Position numbers and translations under genes: made by a program | Shown here: in pieces, positions 24,718 through 38,300 of the stretch | Position numbering within the stretch: the first letter of the stretch is position 1 | Layout: every line of letters starts with the position of its first letter | The notes under the pieces: model-generated | What the model saw: only the letters and a program-made list of their open reading frames with translations | Told to the model about the DNA's origin: nothing | The model's database searches: none | NCBI GenBank assembly: GCA_002633005.1 | Contig: NMRA01000407.1 | Location: 124,001-188,000, forward strand | From: Phoronis australis | Lineage: Eukaryota; Animalia; Phoronida | Direction of reading: 5' to 3' | Length of the DNA: 64,000 nucleotides

Positions 24718-25228
24718 ACTAAACTACAAACAATAACACTGATATAGAGGATTCGTCAATCTATAAACATTACCAAATAAGGTATCGGATATTGCCAATA
24801 AACAAGACTACTCTCAGAAAACATGAAGTCAGATGCACTAATCATTCCAAGAAGATGTCGTCACTTCCTATGGTCTGCACGCAGTGCATATGAATCAGAC
24901 AAGGACACTACAGAGGTGAAGAACGGAAGGTGTTTTTTCACGGTTAGGTTTTGTGGGCTTAAAATTTTGGAGTGTTCACGTCATGGAACTTTACCCGTGG
25001 TATTCTTTTCTTAGTGTCAATCACATGAAGTGTTCTGTCACATCAAGCTCATTGCGAGAACATCCGAGCGACTTTAGCTAAAACGTGTCTCTAATGCGAC
25101 ACCGTCTATGCCGATTGCACAATGCATAATCAATTCCCAGTAACTAGGGTGAGGAATACAAGATTTCTTGTCCCACGCTTCTCAAAAATAGCATTAGTTT
25201 TAGCACTTGTTGTTTACGTAGACTAGTC

Positions 25229-25386
25229 AAATGGCGGATTTAGAAGGGGGCCAAGTGGGCCATCGCCCTCCCCCTAAAAGTCTCCCAGATTACATTTGGC
25301 AGTTCGGGGGTGCGAATGTCTGACGACCAAAATCCTGGGTATAACTCCGCCGTTCCCCCCAACTCAAAATCCTGGATCCAGCCCTG
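25229..25386. mobile_element. ~155-bp GGCGGAT-ended MITE
   Basis: Reverse-complement homolog of 51490-51645. Confidence 0.75.
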
Positions 25387-26114
25387 ATTCTAGAGCTTGG
25401 GTCAAATCTCATACTGGGTCTGGTGTCCAGCAATAACCAACTGCTAGTTCCTCTCAAGCCACAAACTTAGACAGGTAAGGATCAACTTAACACCGATTTT
25501 GTAACCGTAAGCGATATAAATCGATGTTAATTTCAGCACAAGGCGAGTTCGTTGCAGCTTAAAGAAGGTGAATGACACGTTTGATACAAAATTACGTTTT
25601 TTGAATTCTCGGTTACGTGGATACATGTAAATATAATAATACTTTCATTACATCTGGCTGAAGAATAATTGTCGCGCCTCCGTGGTCTAAACTGAATTGA
25701 CTGGACATTTGACCAAAGCCAACAGTCTGTATAGCTCCTATTCCAGTTAACGCATAAGTTAACAACGGGCGCCTCAGATTTTTCGCCGTGTCCAACCGAC
25801 TAAAAGCATGGGAGATGAGTGGCTTTTGTCTCAGTACGAGGTAAGTCGCTCGCAGTGTATTACGTCATTCACATTGATCTTACTGAACTAATAATGAGAG
25901 CCCACACAGCAGATCTGGAAAGTTAGAAATGTGTGCTATGGTTGAAAATCTTATGTGAGTGATTTAGTCCAAACTCACGACTGTAACAGTTTCTATCGAT
26001 CACAAAAATTAGGCAAGGCAGACGTCGCTGACCTCTACGGTCGTGCATTCGATCCTGTGGATGTGTTGAAGATGGACGACATGGCACTTCGTCCATGTTT
26101 CAAATACAGGTTTG

Positions 26115-26360
26115 TCAACTGAGCACACAGAATTTGCTGTCGCTTTCTTTTCCCTTAACGTCTTCTCCAGGTCCGTCATCTTTGTGGTGAGGTAAGCTTC
26201 TGCTAGAGCTGTTGGCAGTTGCCTTGGGTTTCATTGGAGAATTGCTGTGTCGGCCGTTCTTAGAGCTCATCTTCTCGTCATTAGTTTTGTCGATTTGTTC
26301 TACCTGTTTCTGCAGATCTTCTATAGAAGGTGCGCTCCCCGATATACTCGTTAGCCCTGC
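26115..26360 (-). CDS. PDE last exon (AGLTSISG...SKFCVLS*)
   Basis: TTACAG acceptor, phase 0, CaaX then stop. Confidence 0.85.
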   Translation of the reverse strand, partial: AGLTSISGSAPSIEDLQKQVEQIDKTNDEKMSSKNGRHSNSPMKPKATANSSSRSLPHHKDDGPGEDVKGKESDSKFCVLS

Positions 26361-29300
26361 CTGTAAGTAAAGAATACACACGTGGTATGCCTTCAAAGTG
26401 AAAGCCTACACAAGACGATTCTTCCAACGTCGAGATTAGTCTTGTAGATCATACGAGGACTACACCAATAGGCCAGAAGGTTTACATTTTGGAACAACCG
26501 CGGTTGCCATCATTTAATCATGGGCGCGCACCACAGGGGGCTGGGGGAGCTATAGCCCCCCCCCCTTATTCAGATGCCGCCCATGGGCATGGGTGGCGCG
26601 CACCATAGGGGGCTGAGGAGCTACAGCCCCCTACTTATTTCAGTGCTGCGTCACCCATATTAATGTACATCCCCACAAATGAACTTCGTTGGAATAAACC
26701 ATTTTTAAGGACAGCACTGCTGACTATTTGATGTTCATTTTTGACAAGGTCGTGGTAATCTTTTAGCAAAAATGGATAATTGATAGCTTACATCATTTTG
26801 GGTATTGCTGCAGCTGCTCTCGGCGTGCTGCTGTTTCTCCTGCTCCTGCTGTTCCCTGAAGAGATCCATCTGCTTCTGTAGTACTATGCTGATCTTCTTC
26901 TGTTGCACAGATTCTGACCCAAGGTGCTCTGAAATTAGTCGAAGAGGCTATATACACTCTATCAGGCAATGAGATCAACTTTCCATTGAGGTCATTCGCA
27001 GCAATAGATCGATTTCAACGTGTTACTGTAGATGTCTGGGCCTGGAAAGAATGAATTTGTTATTGCTTGAGCCCTGCCGTTATAAGCCAACTTGAGCCCT
27101 GCCGTGATAAGCCAACTTGCAGAGCCTGGTTTCAACCAATAACGAACTGTCTTTCCAAGCTCAAAAGTTCACTCTAATTTAACCAGAGAACAATTTGCGA
27201 CACAATTTCTAACGGCAAATGACCAAAAATTACTTCTTCTTGATGTCGGAAGCGAGTTTATAGTCGCAGATGCGAATTTGAACATGCCGTCATATCTATT
27301 TTTGTGTCAATGCATTTAAAGCGACAATAAACAACCCTATCCACACAAAAATAGCTTAAGATGACTTATCATTGAGAAATTGGTCTCAAATTGTTAATTG
27401 ATGGAATCGGAAATGATTTCAGGGTTTCGAAAGAGCGGTTATTTCTTGAAACCAAGCTCTACTAGTCGGCTTGTCACGGCGTGTCATTTATGCATCGATC
27501 GTGATCTCTTTGAAGAGACAGAAATCATTTCTCAGTAAGGAATATTTCGACACCAATTTTATAGTGGTAAGTGGCCTGCGAAATTTTTAAACCTCGCCCA
27601 CTACCTCTCCACAGGCGCAAAAGGTAGTACTCGTCTGACTCATTGTAAGTCTATTACCATTACAGGCTTGGCCTGTCTCACGAAATCGGAATAAACAGTA
27701 AACGTCAAGACAAGTTAAGTCAAAGCCAGAAATCCGTAGCTTGCTCGGGAGTAGACTAGCGAAAGGCAACAAAAACAACTTTTGGCTTTTAGTAGTCAGA
27801 TGTCTGGCTTTTGGTTAAAACCAAAAGACAATAAACTGTTCGACAAAGAGACCCCATGCGCAACAGAACTACAGTACTTACGACTATTGTTCGGCCCCAT
27901 GCGCAACAGAACTACAGTACTTACGACCATTTTTCAGTTGTGGGTCAGGCATTGACTCGACGATGTCTGCTACCTCAGTCCAGTGAACTTTGTTTTCCTT
28001 AGCTGTCTCATAAACTGGACCCACTGCGGTTTTCACTTTCTTTAACATCTGTGTTTAAAACAATGTGAATTTATAATTAATCGGTGCACTATACCAGGAA
28101 TTACTTCTGTGAATTTGAAAGTTAATTCTCCTCAGTACATTAAATTTGTATCAAATTGCTTGGAATATTGCTGTGCAGCCACCTGATAATCTTGTAGTCA
28201 AAACTGCTTACAGAGAAGAGGCGGCACACAATAGCTTTCGTCAAGTTTACGACTCCTAACTTTACTAGAAACGGCAGCTTACCGAAGGATTGTCAATGGA
28301 CTAGTCGACTTTGGAATCAGTGCCGTCGCAAAGAATTTTAGTGAACTACTACAGACTGTCACGAGATCAAGCGGTATAGACCCTATTCACGCCGACAGGA
28401 GGCGCGTTCCAAAACGAGGCTCGCTACGATAGCTCTGTTAGCTTATCGGCATAGGAGTCTGTGTTTCAGTCCGTGTTGTTCCCCGAACGGCCAGAAAAAA
28501 ATACGTACACNTGGTTTAATTGTTGACACATTATTAAAATTCAATATCCAGGTTGGACTCGAAAGACCGGCTATTTAACTCACGCAATGTCTACTTTCGC
28601 TTTGTTTATCGCAGTGAGCCTCGCTTTGGATTTTAATGTCCGCCGCGTGAATAGAGTCTATGCGTGGGGTACGTTGCATCGTTCACGTGATCTTTAATAC
28701 CGGTATCCAAAAACGATACTGTCTCTGTGGTAATTACTGGTGACCAGAACGGCGTTTATTCAATTTAGTGACAATGTAAATGCAATACCCCCGCCCTAAA
28801 CTAGCACAGTAAAAACACTCACAAACACTGCAACACATATGTAACTACGTTGCAAAGACACCAAACACTTGAAAAATGGGGAAATTTCAGTGCTGGACGT
28901 GTTCCCCTTGTTCATTAACTCATGCGTACTTGACGTTTTGAATCTCCATTGATATATAGAGGAGAGTTCAATTTAGGACGGGCTTCATTGATGCACGCAT
29001 GACGCGTGTTGTTCAAATCTTTAGCAGTAATTGTTATTCAGGATTTCGACTAGGAATGTTTGGAATAAGAACCCGCGGCGTTCTGACAAAATTGTCACGG
29101 TTACTAAATTGGCCTCAAACTGTTCTTTCTCAGATAATAAATTATTTCAGGGATCGTTTCTCGAAGTGTCTTTAGTCAAACATGATTTGTCTTTTGGCTT
29201 TGACCTTTAGTCTCTTCTCGAGTGGGCAAAATACTTCTGTGTTTTGGCTTCGAGTTGTACTTCAGACAGATTTTTTGACTTTTTGAGCTAGTCTGATTTC

Positions 29301-32300
29301 GTGAAAGATGCTACGTCACCGTAAAGGGTTTTATCCAAAAAGCATTAGATTCCTTGAGAAACAATGCCCGAGGCTTGGGAAGAGATGACTGTTCGATACC
29401 ATTCAGGATTATGTTAAGTGATTTTGTGTGACCCGGATGGTCGTTTTATGGGACGACCAATGTCTCCAGCTTCAACGAACTGTAAGTTCTTTCAAAGCCC
29501 CCATAAATCATTTTAAGCTGAGTGAGCAAGAAGCCTAGGCCTATATCGGTTTGATAACGATAAGCGGTCTAACCCAGAATTAAGTACTTTTGGCAGATGG
29601 CATAGTCCAAAGTAGCTTTTTAAAGCTACTGTGTTAAAACACGTCAATTCTGCGTAAGTCAAATCGAACATTGCTACCACGTGGTACATGAGTGAACGAT
29701 CTTGACTCGATAAGACAGCTCTTTGAAACTGCCATAATTTGGCCAGCGTACCAGGAATTTGTGATTTGTTTTAAATTAAGAAACTTGCGTTATGTTAGCA
29801 GTACGGACAGTTTGTGGTCACTTTTTGTGAGCTCGAGAGAACAACACGCACGTCTTCATAACTTTCTTGTTGAAACACCAATCACTGATGACGTTCACCG
29901 GACACAATTTGATATTCCTCATTAGTTTTGAACAAGGTTTTACTATCACTTTGCGATTTGCAATAAATATAACGTCTTCAACTTCGCTGTATTTGCGTCG
30001 ATTTTCTCGCCCTGGACGCTGGGTTGGGTCATCGTCGTATATTTGTCGACTAGAAGCAAAATTTCCCATCGGTAATCTGTCGCCATTTTCCGATATTATT
30101 TGCCGCGTTTTTCACCAGTGGCGTTATACGAAGGCACTAAAACAGACAACGTGGAGTTTATGGTGTAATATTATATGTAATTGACATTTCGTTGACCTGG
30201 AATTTCGCTCAAAATGTGAATCTAGAGATGACGATTTTTCTCAAAAGCAGCGGTTACAACTTGTTTTACGCGTGTGGCGTGGAGGCTAGGCAAGAATTTC
30301 AAAGGGAATTGCTTGGTGGGGATTCCTGACGCATGCATTGGCCTTTTGACGGAAAGACGGGGAACTTAAATTCGCAGCGAAGTTTGGAAAGTAATTCGTT
30401 TTAATTGCATCAGGTGAAAAAAATCCGGCCAATAGTTGTCAAGGAGAAAAATGATATCTCGCAAAAGCTTTGTCCATAAAATGTAAGTATCGAAATACCT
30501 ACGCCGGTCCCGCTTGTAACTTAAATTGCTTTGTCTGAATTTTCACAAGTGGGGAATTTGGAGTTGAATTGGTTTGTAAAGCGGTTGTCGATTGTCTACT
30601 TTGCTACAAATTCCCTAGTAAATCTGAAAACCTAAGTGGTAAGGTGTGAGACCTCAGTAACAATCGAGGCCTTTCATGACGAAAACGTGCACATTGTCGG
30701 CATACCTCGTAGAGCGGTAAGCTTATCGATTCGATGAAGCCGATCTGTAGTTTCGGGAGTTCGTCTTTTTTATCCCTGTCGAACATAGCCTGGAAGATTT
30801 CAGTGAATATGCAAATACAGATTCAGTCGAGTTCTGTTATGAATCCTACTAAAGTACACAACGTAAGTCATGTTCAATCTTTCCTAGATTTATCTATAGT
30901 CTGAAGATCTTACTTGGTTTTGGGTTTTTAAAGATATTTGTAATAGCATACACGATACAAATGGTTAAACTGATCAGCTGTTAACGGAACGCTTTCACTA
31001 CAGGCTTTTTTGCTATTTCTATAATAATTACAACTGTTCTTCTTACATTTACAAGTCCAAAGTGCCACTCAACAAAACTTCACTAGTCACAGCGAAAGAC
31101 ACAAAACAAACTATTTATCTTGTATTTCGCCCGACACCAATACTTGATCGTCGTCATTTCCGATCACGATTCAATTTACTTACAACTGGTGTCGTTGCAA
31201 ACTTCTTTTTCTCCATGTCGCCTTGTTCAAAGAATTCACTAGTCACTCGTTTGGCCACTTCAATCTGGACATCCCACGGTTTGGCGGTACCGGACACGTC
31301 ACAGGCAGTCATTAACATGCTCCTACATAAGAAAATAAGGAGTCGTTAACTAGTTGGATACAGTCTATACCGAACTATCACCACCTATCGGTGACGGTTT
31401 CAATTGACGAGGCCCAATGGGGTTGTCGACGTTAAAGATGTATTTGCATGCTCCAAACTATGCTCATGTATAGCAGGAACTAAGTGGCAATGCTATTCGA
31501 ACATCATCTGTGATAAACAACGTGCAGTTGTATTCATTGACAATTTGTGAATGAGAAAACAAAGAATCTGCAAATAGGTGACCTTTGCACTAATGACGTG
31601 CCTTAGCCCGCATCATGCAGTGTTATTCCCCAACACCACGCCACGATACTCACTGGATATGGTTGAGAGATTTACGGCGGAACATTTTCGACAGAAAACT
31701 CGTTCTTAAAAACATTTCGCAATTTTCAACGTACTTCATATCCACATCTGCGCTATTTCCTGTGTTTCTATTTAATATGACCAAGCAATCACAGAGATAA
31801 GGAACTTCCGTGCGAGCTCCACTTTAAGCTGATTTTGTAATCTCAACAGTTGGGTTTCTTGTAACTTCATGATTATCTTATTTAAATTTGGTACATTTTT
31901 TTGATATTTTCTCTAACTTTCCAACTTTTTAGATATGTTTATAAACATCAAACGTAGTAATAAGCTACTGTCAATGAATAAAACCACCGTAGTGTTACTT
32001 AAACACGCGTGAACATGCTATATCTGTGAAAGTAAAATAATTACAATCATTTACATGAACGCAGAATGCTATTTAGTCAAATAATTTCTAAAAAATAAAC
32101 GTTAAGGCAACTTTACTTCATTATAATCTTGGTTTATTCTGTATCCATGTATCTATCATCAACAATACAATACTATTATTTGGCCATTCGCAAGAATGCA
32201 GTTAGCCTTTCGAAATTGTTAAGTTGCAGTTTGGTAATTATTTTTGTCTGAATTTTTTTAGTTTCAACGTTTCTTTGATAAACATCGGACCAACTGAATG

Positions 32301-35300
32301 ATGAGACAGGGAGTAAAAATTTCAACTTTTACGAATGAGTTCTTTGAGATTTTTCATCAACAACATCATTATACATAGATAAAAACGTAAATAAATACAG
32401 TAAAAGAGGACTTCAATCCAAGCCACTTGACATAACTAAAAGGAATCTAACACCACTGTAGTAACGCTTAATAATATCATTTGCTGCGAGAACTGGGCTT
32501 CCTTTCAAATCCTCAGGTGACAGCTGCATGATTGTCCAGACATAAAACACCAGTCATTTCCATTATAGTGTTTAGCTCACCTAGGGCAGAAACGTTCAAC
32601 CCAATAAAGCTGTTGCGCAATGGTGCGGTCTCGCTGCTGTACAAGTGGTGACTGAATAGCGGATTTGCAGCGACGCCATATTGAAATTAGGTTAAAATGG
32701 TGCATTGTGGGTGCTGTGGTCAGGATTCCGAAAGCGGCCATAGTAACAAGCATAATACGCGGTATGAGCGCGAAGAAAACTTACGGCGGATACACTTGTG
32801 TTCCTGGCTACTTCAAAAACATCAAGACAGATAAAAATCTGAGTTTTTATGTGTTCCCTGCAAACCAAGAACATCTGGTCCCTTTACGAACTACTCCTGT
32901 ATATCTTTTCACCACGGTGTAGGCTAACAAAGTGTTTTGGTTTCGTGAAACTGTTTTCAGATGATTTGTTTCCTGATACATTTGACGTTTTTCAATTGTT
33001 GTCAACGTGATTCAGCTTAATAAAGTGATACTTAATTGTTTATTTTTGCTTTTATAGTAATAGACTATGAGATGAGAGCACCATCGTTCGCCAGTTTTTC
33101 TCGTAACGAGACGAACACATGTTTATTTCCGGACTAACAGTATAGGTCTTCATTCTTAAACAGCTTGAGGCTGTTGCGATCATCTGATATTCAAGTTTTT
33201 ACGCCCCGTGGGTGCTCCTTATGCTCCTCAATGTTTGGTAGTTGTCTAAACCCCTGTATACACACCACACTTTTTCGTATGCTAAAAAGGTGTGTGTAAG
33301 TAGATGTTCCAACAAAAAATTTTGCTGGTGGTGTGACTCATACCCAGATGTGCACAAATATGGTTTCACGAAACTAATGAGCCAAGTTCATGTGACGAAA
33401 TCGAGAAGGGTTTTTAATTATCTTAAGAAAAACTCCAGGGACATGTTAAGTGCCAGAAACGTACCAGGATGCATGGAAATTTCACTGTTTGGCTACAAAA
33501 ACAAAAAGTTGTCTTACATGGGAGGGGGGTTTACCTCCGCCCCCCCCCCGCTCGGCGCCACGCGCCTCGGATTCGACCTTTGCGGGAATCCTAAACCCCC
33601 CCTTACTGAAAACGTAGATCNNNNNNNNAACCCCCCCCTCACTGAACACGTAGATCCGCCACTGATAGTTGTGCCCTCGGTCACACGGTCACTGATCATA
33701 GCTACGCTGTGTTTACAAACGAGAGAGAGGACTTGCTTGGTATTATAAAGCAAATAATTAAACAAGGTTTTTAGTTTGCAAATGACTCCAAATGCACACA
33801 CTATCCAGCCTGCTCAAGACATGCCTGACCACAAGCTATCCCATGAGCCTTCGCGCAGGAAGTAACTCGCACATGCGCAATGCGTAGTTCGTTTGCGCTG
33901 CAAATCCGCTATTGCGCATGCGTCGCTATCTGCATGTAAACAGCTGGCAAAAAGACAGAATTGTTGTCAAAATGTGGTCACAAATTCCCAAAAGACACCT
34001 AAGGTTACTACAGGCGTGGAGAATTGCGGTTAAAAGGGTCAACCAAGTGAAAAAAACATGGGCGCGCACCATAGGGGGCTGGGGGGGCTATAGCCCCCAC
34101 TTTTTTCAGTGCTACGCCGCACATAGTCTACATAGTCTGTAGGTGGTGCCCCACAGGGGGGCAAAGGGGGCTTTAGCCCCCCATTTTTTTCAGTGCTGTG
34201 CCGCCCATGAAAACGTGTGTGGATGCCGAAGCCTCACGCCCCGTGTGTGTGCTCTATGCATTTCCATTCAGAGACTACATTATCACGTTACTTGGTATGC
34301 TTTTAGCAATTATTTTCAGTGATTTTATACCCACCAGTTACCCACTGAATAGCGGGTTTATTCAGTGGAACTAAGTGTTTCTCTTCAGAAACTCACTCGG
34401 GACGGATGGTAGGCTAGCACGACATATTCACATATTGTCCTGGGTGGGAGTGCTCCCAATATAAGAGGTGTATGGTACGTGCCGCTCAGAAGTCAAGGGT
34501 GACTTTTTCACAGCTGTTACTCTTCAAAATTATGCTATGTCCAATAAAATTCTCAAGATGAGCGAGTTTCCTTATTTTATAGCGGACCCCACCCCCAGGA
34601 CTACCAGCTTAGTTACCGAATTAGTATGAATGAGCTATTCAGCAAATTTGTAACAATGCACTGGAATAAATATTGACACCTAGAATGAATTTTATTTGTT
34701 GAGATCAGAAACATATTTTAGGTGTCATGAAAATACACATTCTTAAATCACCTGTTTCACATATTTTAATTCAGATCTTAAATAATGCTTGGGTACAAAG
34801 ATCATTAGTTTCTACATATAAACATGAAGATGAAATGTCACGTATGTTCTGCCTTACAAAAGTAGTTTGTCTTTTGTTTCTTTTTAAATTTGCTAGTATT
34901 TCTCTGACCATATTCTGTTACAGGTGAAAGAAAACGACTGAAACCAGCCGCCTTATCGTCTATTTTCCCTTTCGACAAAGTGAAAAGCAGTCCTTCAGCA
35001 ATAACCTGAGAGAATTGGACCTCTCAGTTCATAAAGTCAGCATTTGACATCCCTGATGGACTCTTCTGTTGCATTGGAAAAATTATATGTTTGTTTTTAA
35101 CAAATAATGTTCTTTTGTTTGTATGTGGCTGTTCAGATAGCCATTTTGTTTTTAAATACATTGATTATTGTTCATTCTCGAATCTTGTGCATAGCAGATT
35201 CTCATCCAGCTAGCTACGATTGAAAACATACTTTGCTTGCATGTTGAACATTTGTTATAGACAAGTTAACACAAATTTTAAAACTGTTCAAAGGCCTTCT

Positions 35301-38300
35301 TAAGAAAGCTCTAAAAATAGTTTCACACGTAAACAGATCAAATGCAATTAAAGGGAATACTTCGTTTTGATCGCCGGAAAAGTTAATGTCACTCAGTGAG
35401 AAAGGAGAGGTATTTATACCAGATCCTTTTGGTTTTCATTTCAATGAGATCGAGTTCCAATGGTCTATAGAAACGCTTGTGAAAAGGTCCAGTTCATGTA
35501 ATCTCATTCAGTCTCAATAACGCCCACAATTAGATCCTTGAAGGTAAACGCAACATGATATCACTTGACTCGCTTTGTGCCCAAAATCTGACCCTGAACT
35601 AGACCAGAGTGTTACTAGTCTTCTTTAGCTCCAGTCCCTCATGTTTCTTCCAGTAAAAGAAATAAGCTATTGTTGTCCACACATGACTCATTGCCTATGA
35701 AAGGGCATCCTCAAAAACGAGACTGGTTGGTGTGGCAGTCAGATATAGTTCCTCTTCATACACAAACAATCCACTGGCACATTTTCTTATGGTACTGAGA
35801 TTCACATTTCTCTAGGTCCACTGGCTTGTATATTGTGCCATGCAGCACTGCTGGTGGGTGGAAAACATGCTGTTGGAAGAGAAAGGAGTAACAAAGCTTG
35901 TCTATGTTGCGGCTTGAAGTGGCCTTAAAAATGTCACTGAACCTGGAACAAATATTGAAATATGAACAATTAAGTACGTCAGATTGGGTAAAAAATATTG
36001 CCCTTATTCTTCAAAAATATGACATGGTAACTGCTTTACAATTTCACACAGATCAGAATTAGATAATTACTATTTCCAGAAAGCAAGTAATAAGTATTGA
36101 TTTTTATATAACTGCGTCTTTATTTTTTCATTCCTAGCCATTGCAATTCTTTAAACGCATCACTTGTCTGCAAAATATGTAAGTTATTTGAGTCAATTTT
36201 AAAGCTTTGTTACCCATTTTCAGGCCTTTTGATTTTTGATACTTTTAGCAATTTCAAACAGCAATTGCAGATCCATGGGTATGTCAAGCACATTTCCGGT
36301 CTAAAGCTGAGGGAACCGTTTCTCAGATTTTTTATCTTTCTTCCAATAGAAGAGATGCAGACTTGTTATTTAAAAATGGTGGATAATATTTCTGTTGTTT
36401 AATAGTAATTAAAAATTCTAAGTCTTGCGTATTGGCAGTAAGAATAATATGTTCAAATGCGACCTCACTAGTATGTTCACGGTAAAAATGCAATTTTTAC
36501 AAAAAATGGCCATCACATGAATTTAAAAACAACTTGCAACATTTCAAGGCATGAGTTACGACTGTTCAATCATTGAGAATTCAGAAAATGTAATATATTT
36601 TTATGGGTTTATAATGGATAGCAAAACAGCTTCATGAAACTTGAAAGAACTTCATGAAGGTTAAGAATTACCTCACCATGCTCTTCCCCCGGATACTATT
36701 ATTTGTTATTTCCACACATTCAGATGTACCAAATTTTATAACCCCAACCCTCTATGCCAACCTGAATAATTAAATTGACCAAGCAACTTACGTACCTTTC
36801 TTTAAAAATACCTGTCCCTTGTCAAAGGCTTTGCTCTTTGTCTCTGATATAGAAAGTATGCTTTGACAACAGATCTGCTCTGGGTAGTAGGATTTTGCTG
36901 GTTGCCTGCAGTCAACTGCTTAAAACCAATTTTTGTCCATTCAGGGACGGTTGCAGAAGCGATGCATAACACCTCTGCACGGCATTAGCCCTCAAACCTA
37001 AAAACCAAAGGTCAGGTGAAAACAAATTTCTATATCAACGTGTAATAGATTTCCGAACGACATAGGATAGGGACTAAACAAATAGTCTAATGGATATTTG
37101 TCACATACCCTTTGGGCTTGGATTGTAGTCTTACCTCACTAACCAATATAGAGTTGACAACCTAACCATTCAGCATTGATTGATGTAACTGTCACTGATA
37201 AACATGTTATTAATCATTCCAAACATCAATAATTCTGCTTTGATATAGGAAAAGATCCCGTGCTAAATCAAGTATCGTAACACACATCACAACAAACAAT
37301 GATTAACCCGACTGGCGACTGTCGCGCAGTCGACATTGGCTAGTACCTCAGTTAACAGACATCAGTGTTGTAAACATGGAATAATAGTTAAAATAATCAC
37401 AAACCTTACCTTTCTATAAGGTCATGCTTACTTCCTCTCATAGCAGCACCCTTTTCACGCAATCTTAGATTCAGTTGGCACGGCTGAAAGCCATTTCACC
37501 ATGTATTAAAGGGCTCGCGAAATCGAGGCTGCTTAATCTATCACCATTAGACACGCGCGCCCTCTAGTAATGTAAAGATTGTCGAATAGCCCATTGTTTT
37601 GGTGACAGGCCATCTCGGCAGAGTATCTACATTCTGTTGTCTATGTTCTGCCTTAACAGACAATGTCTTAAAGGAGAATGCCGCCCGATTTAATTATTTT
37701 TTTACCGTCTTAATCGATCTATATCCGCATCACCTCGTATACGGTCGATCTTACCTCGCCGAGAGATGTCGCGTTAACCCGTGAGGAAGGTGAGAAACGA
37801 CGCAGCGACGTCAGTGGTTCTTCTGCAGAGTGAGTGCCGCTATGGTGTGGTGTATTGTTCCCCGCTTGCGTGAACTATGAAGCTGCGAGGAAAGCGGGTA
37901 CATCGTTTTTCGATTTCCTCGAGAGCCCATGATGCTTCGGAAGTGACTCGCGGTAATGAAGAATGAAAAGTAGGCCGTTAATACCAAGTATGAGGCCGTG
38001 AAACTTCTCCGTGTCTGCCAGTGGCCTGCATTTCGTCGGATCGGTTGTTGATTAGTTTTTGACTATGGATAATTGTAGTTGGCCACGAAAACATAAACAA
38101 TTACACTTAATTCAAGGCGTGAGAACATAACGTTTTACATAACCTGTTTGACGACTGACTCGTTCGTGAGGCTTATGTTTGGTCCTCAGAGTGTATGATG
38201 TTTTTTCTCAGGCAGCCCTAAAAAACCTCTGTTTAGATGCAGGGTGTAAAATCAGGATGGTCCGTGAGACACATTTGCGCTTTTCCAAGAAGGCGTTTCA

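Noticed and set aside
26793-26978. 61-aa minus-strand ORF from the track
   Set aside because: Wrong frame of the PDE tail exon; splice phases select the [11 protein letters not shown] frame.
33242-33748. 168-aa ORF
   Set aside because: Runs through an N gap and poly-C MITE sequence; no domain features.
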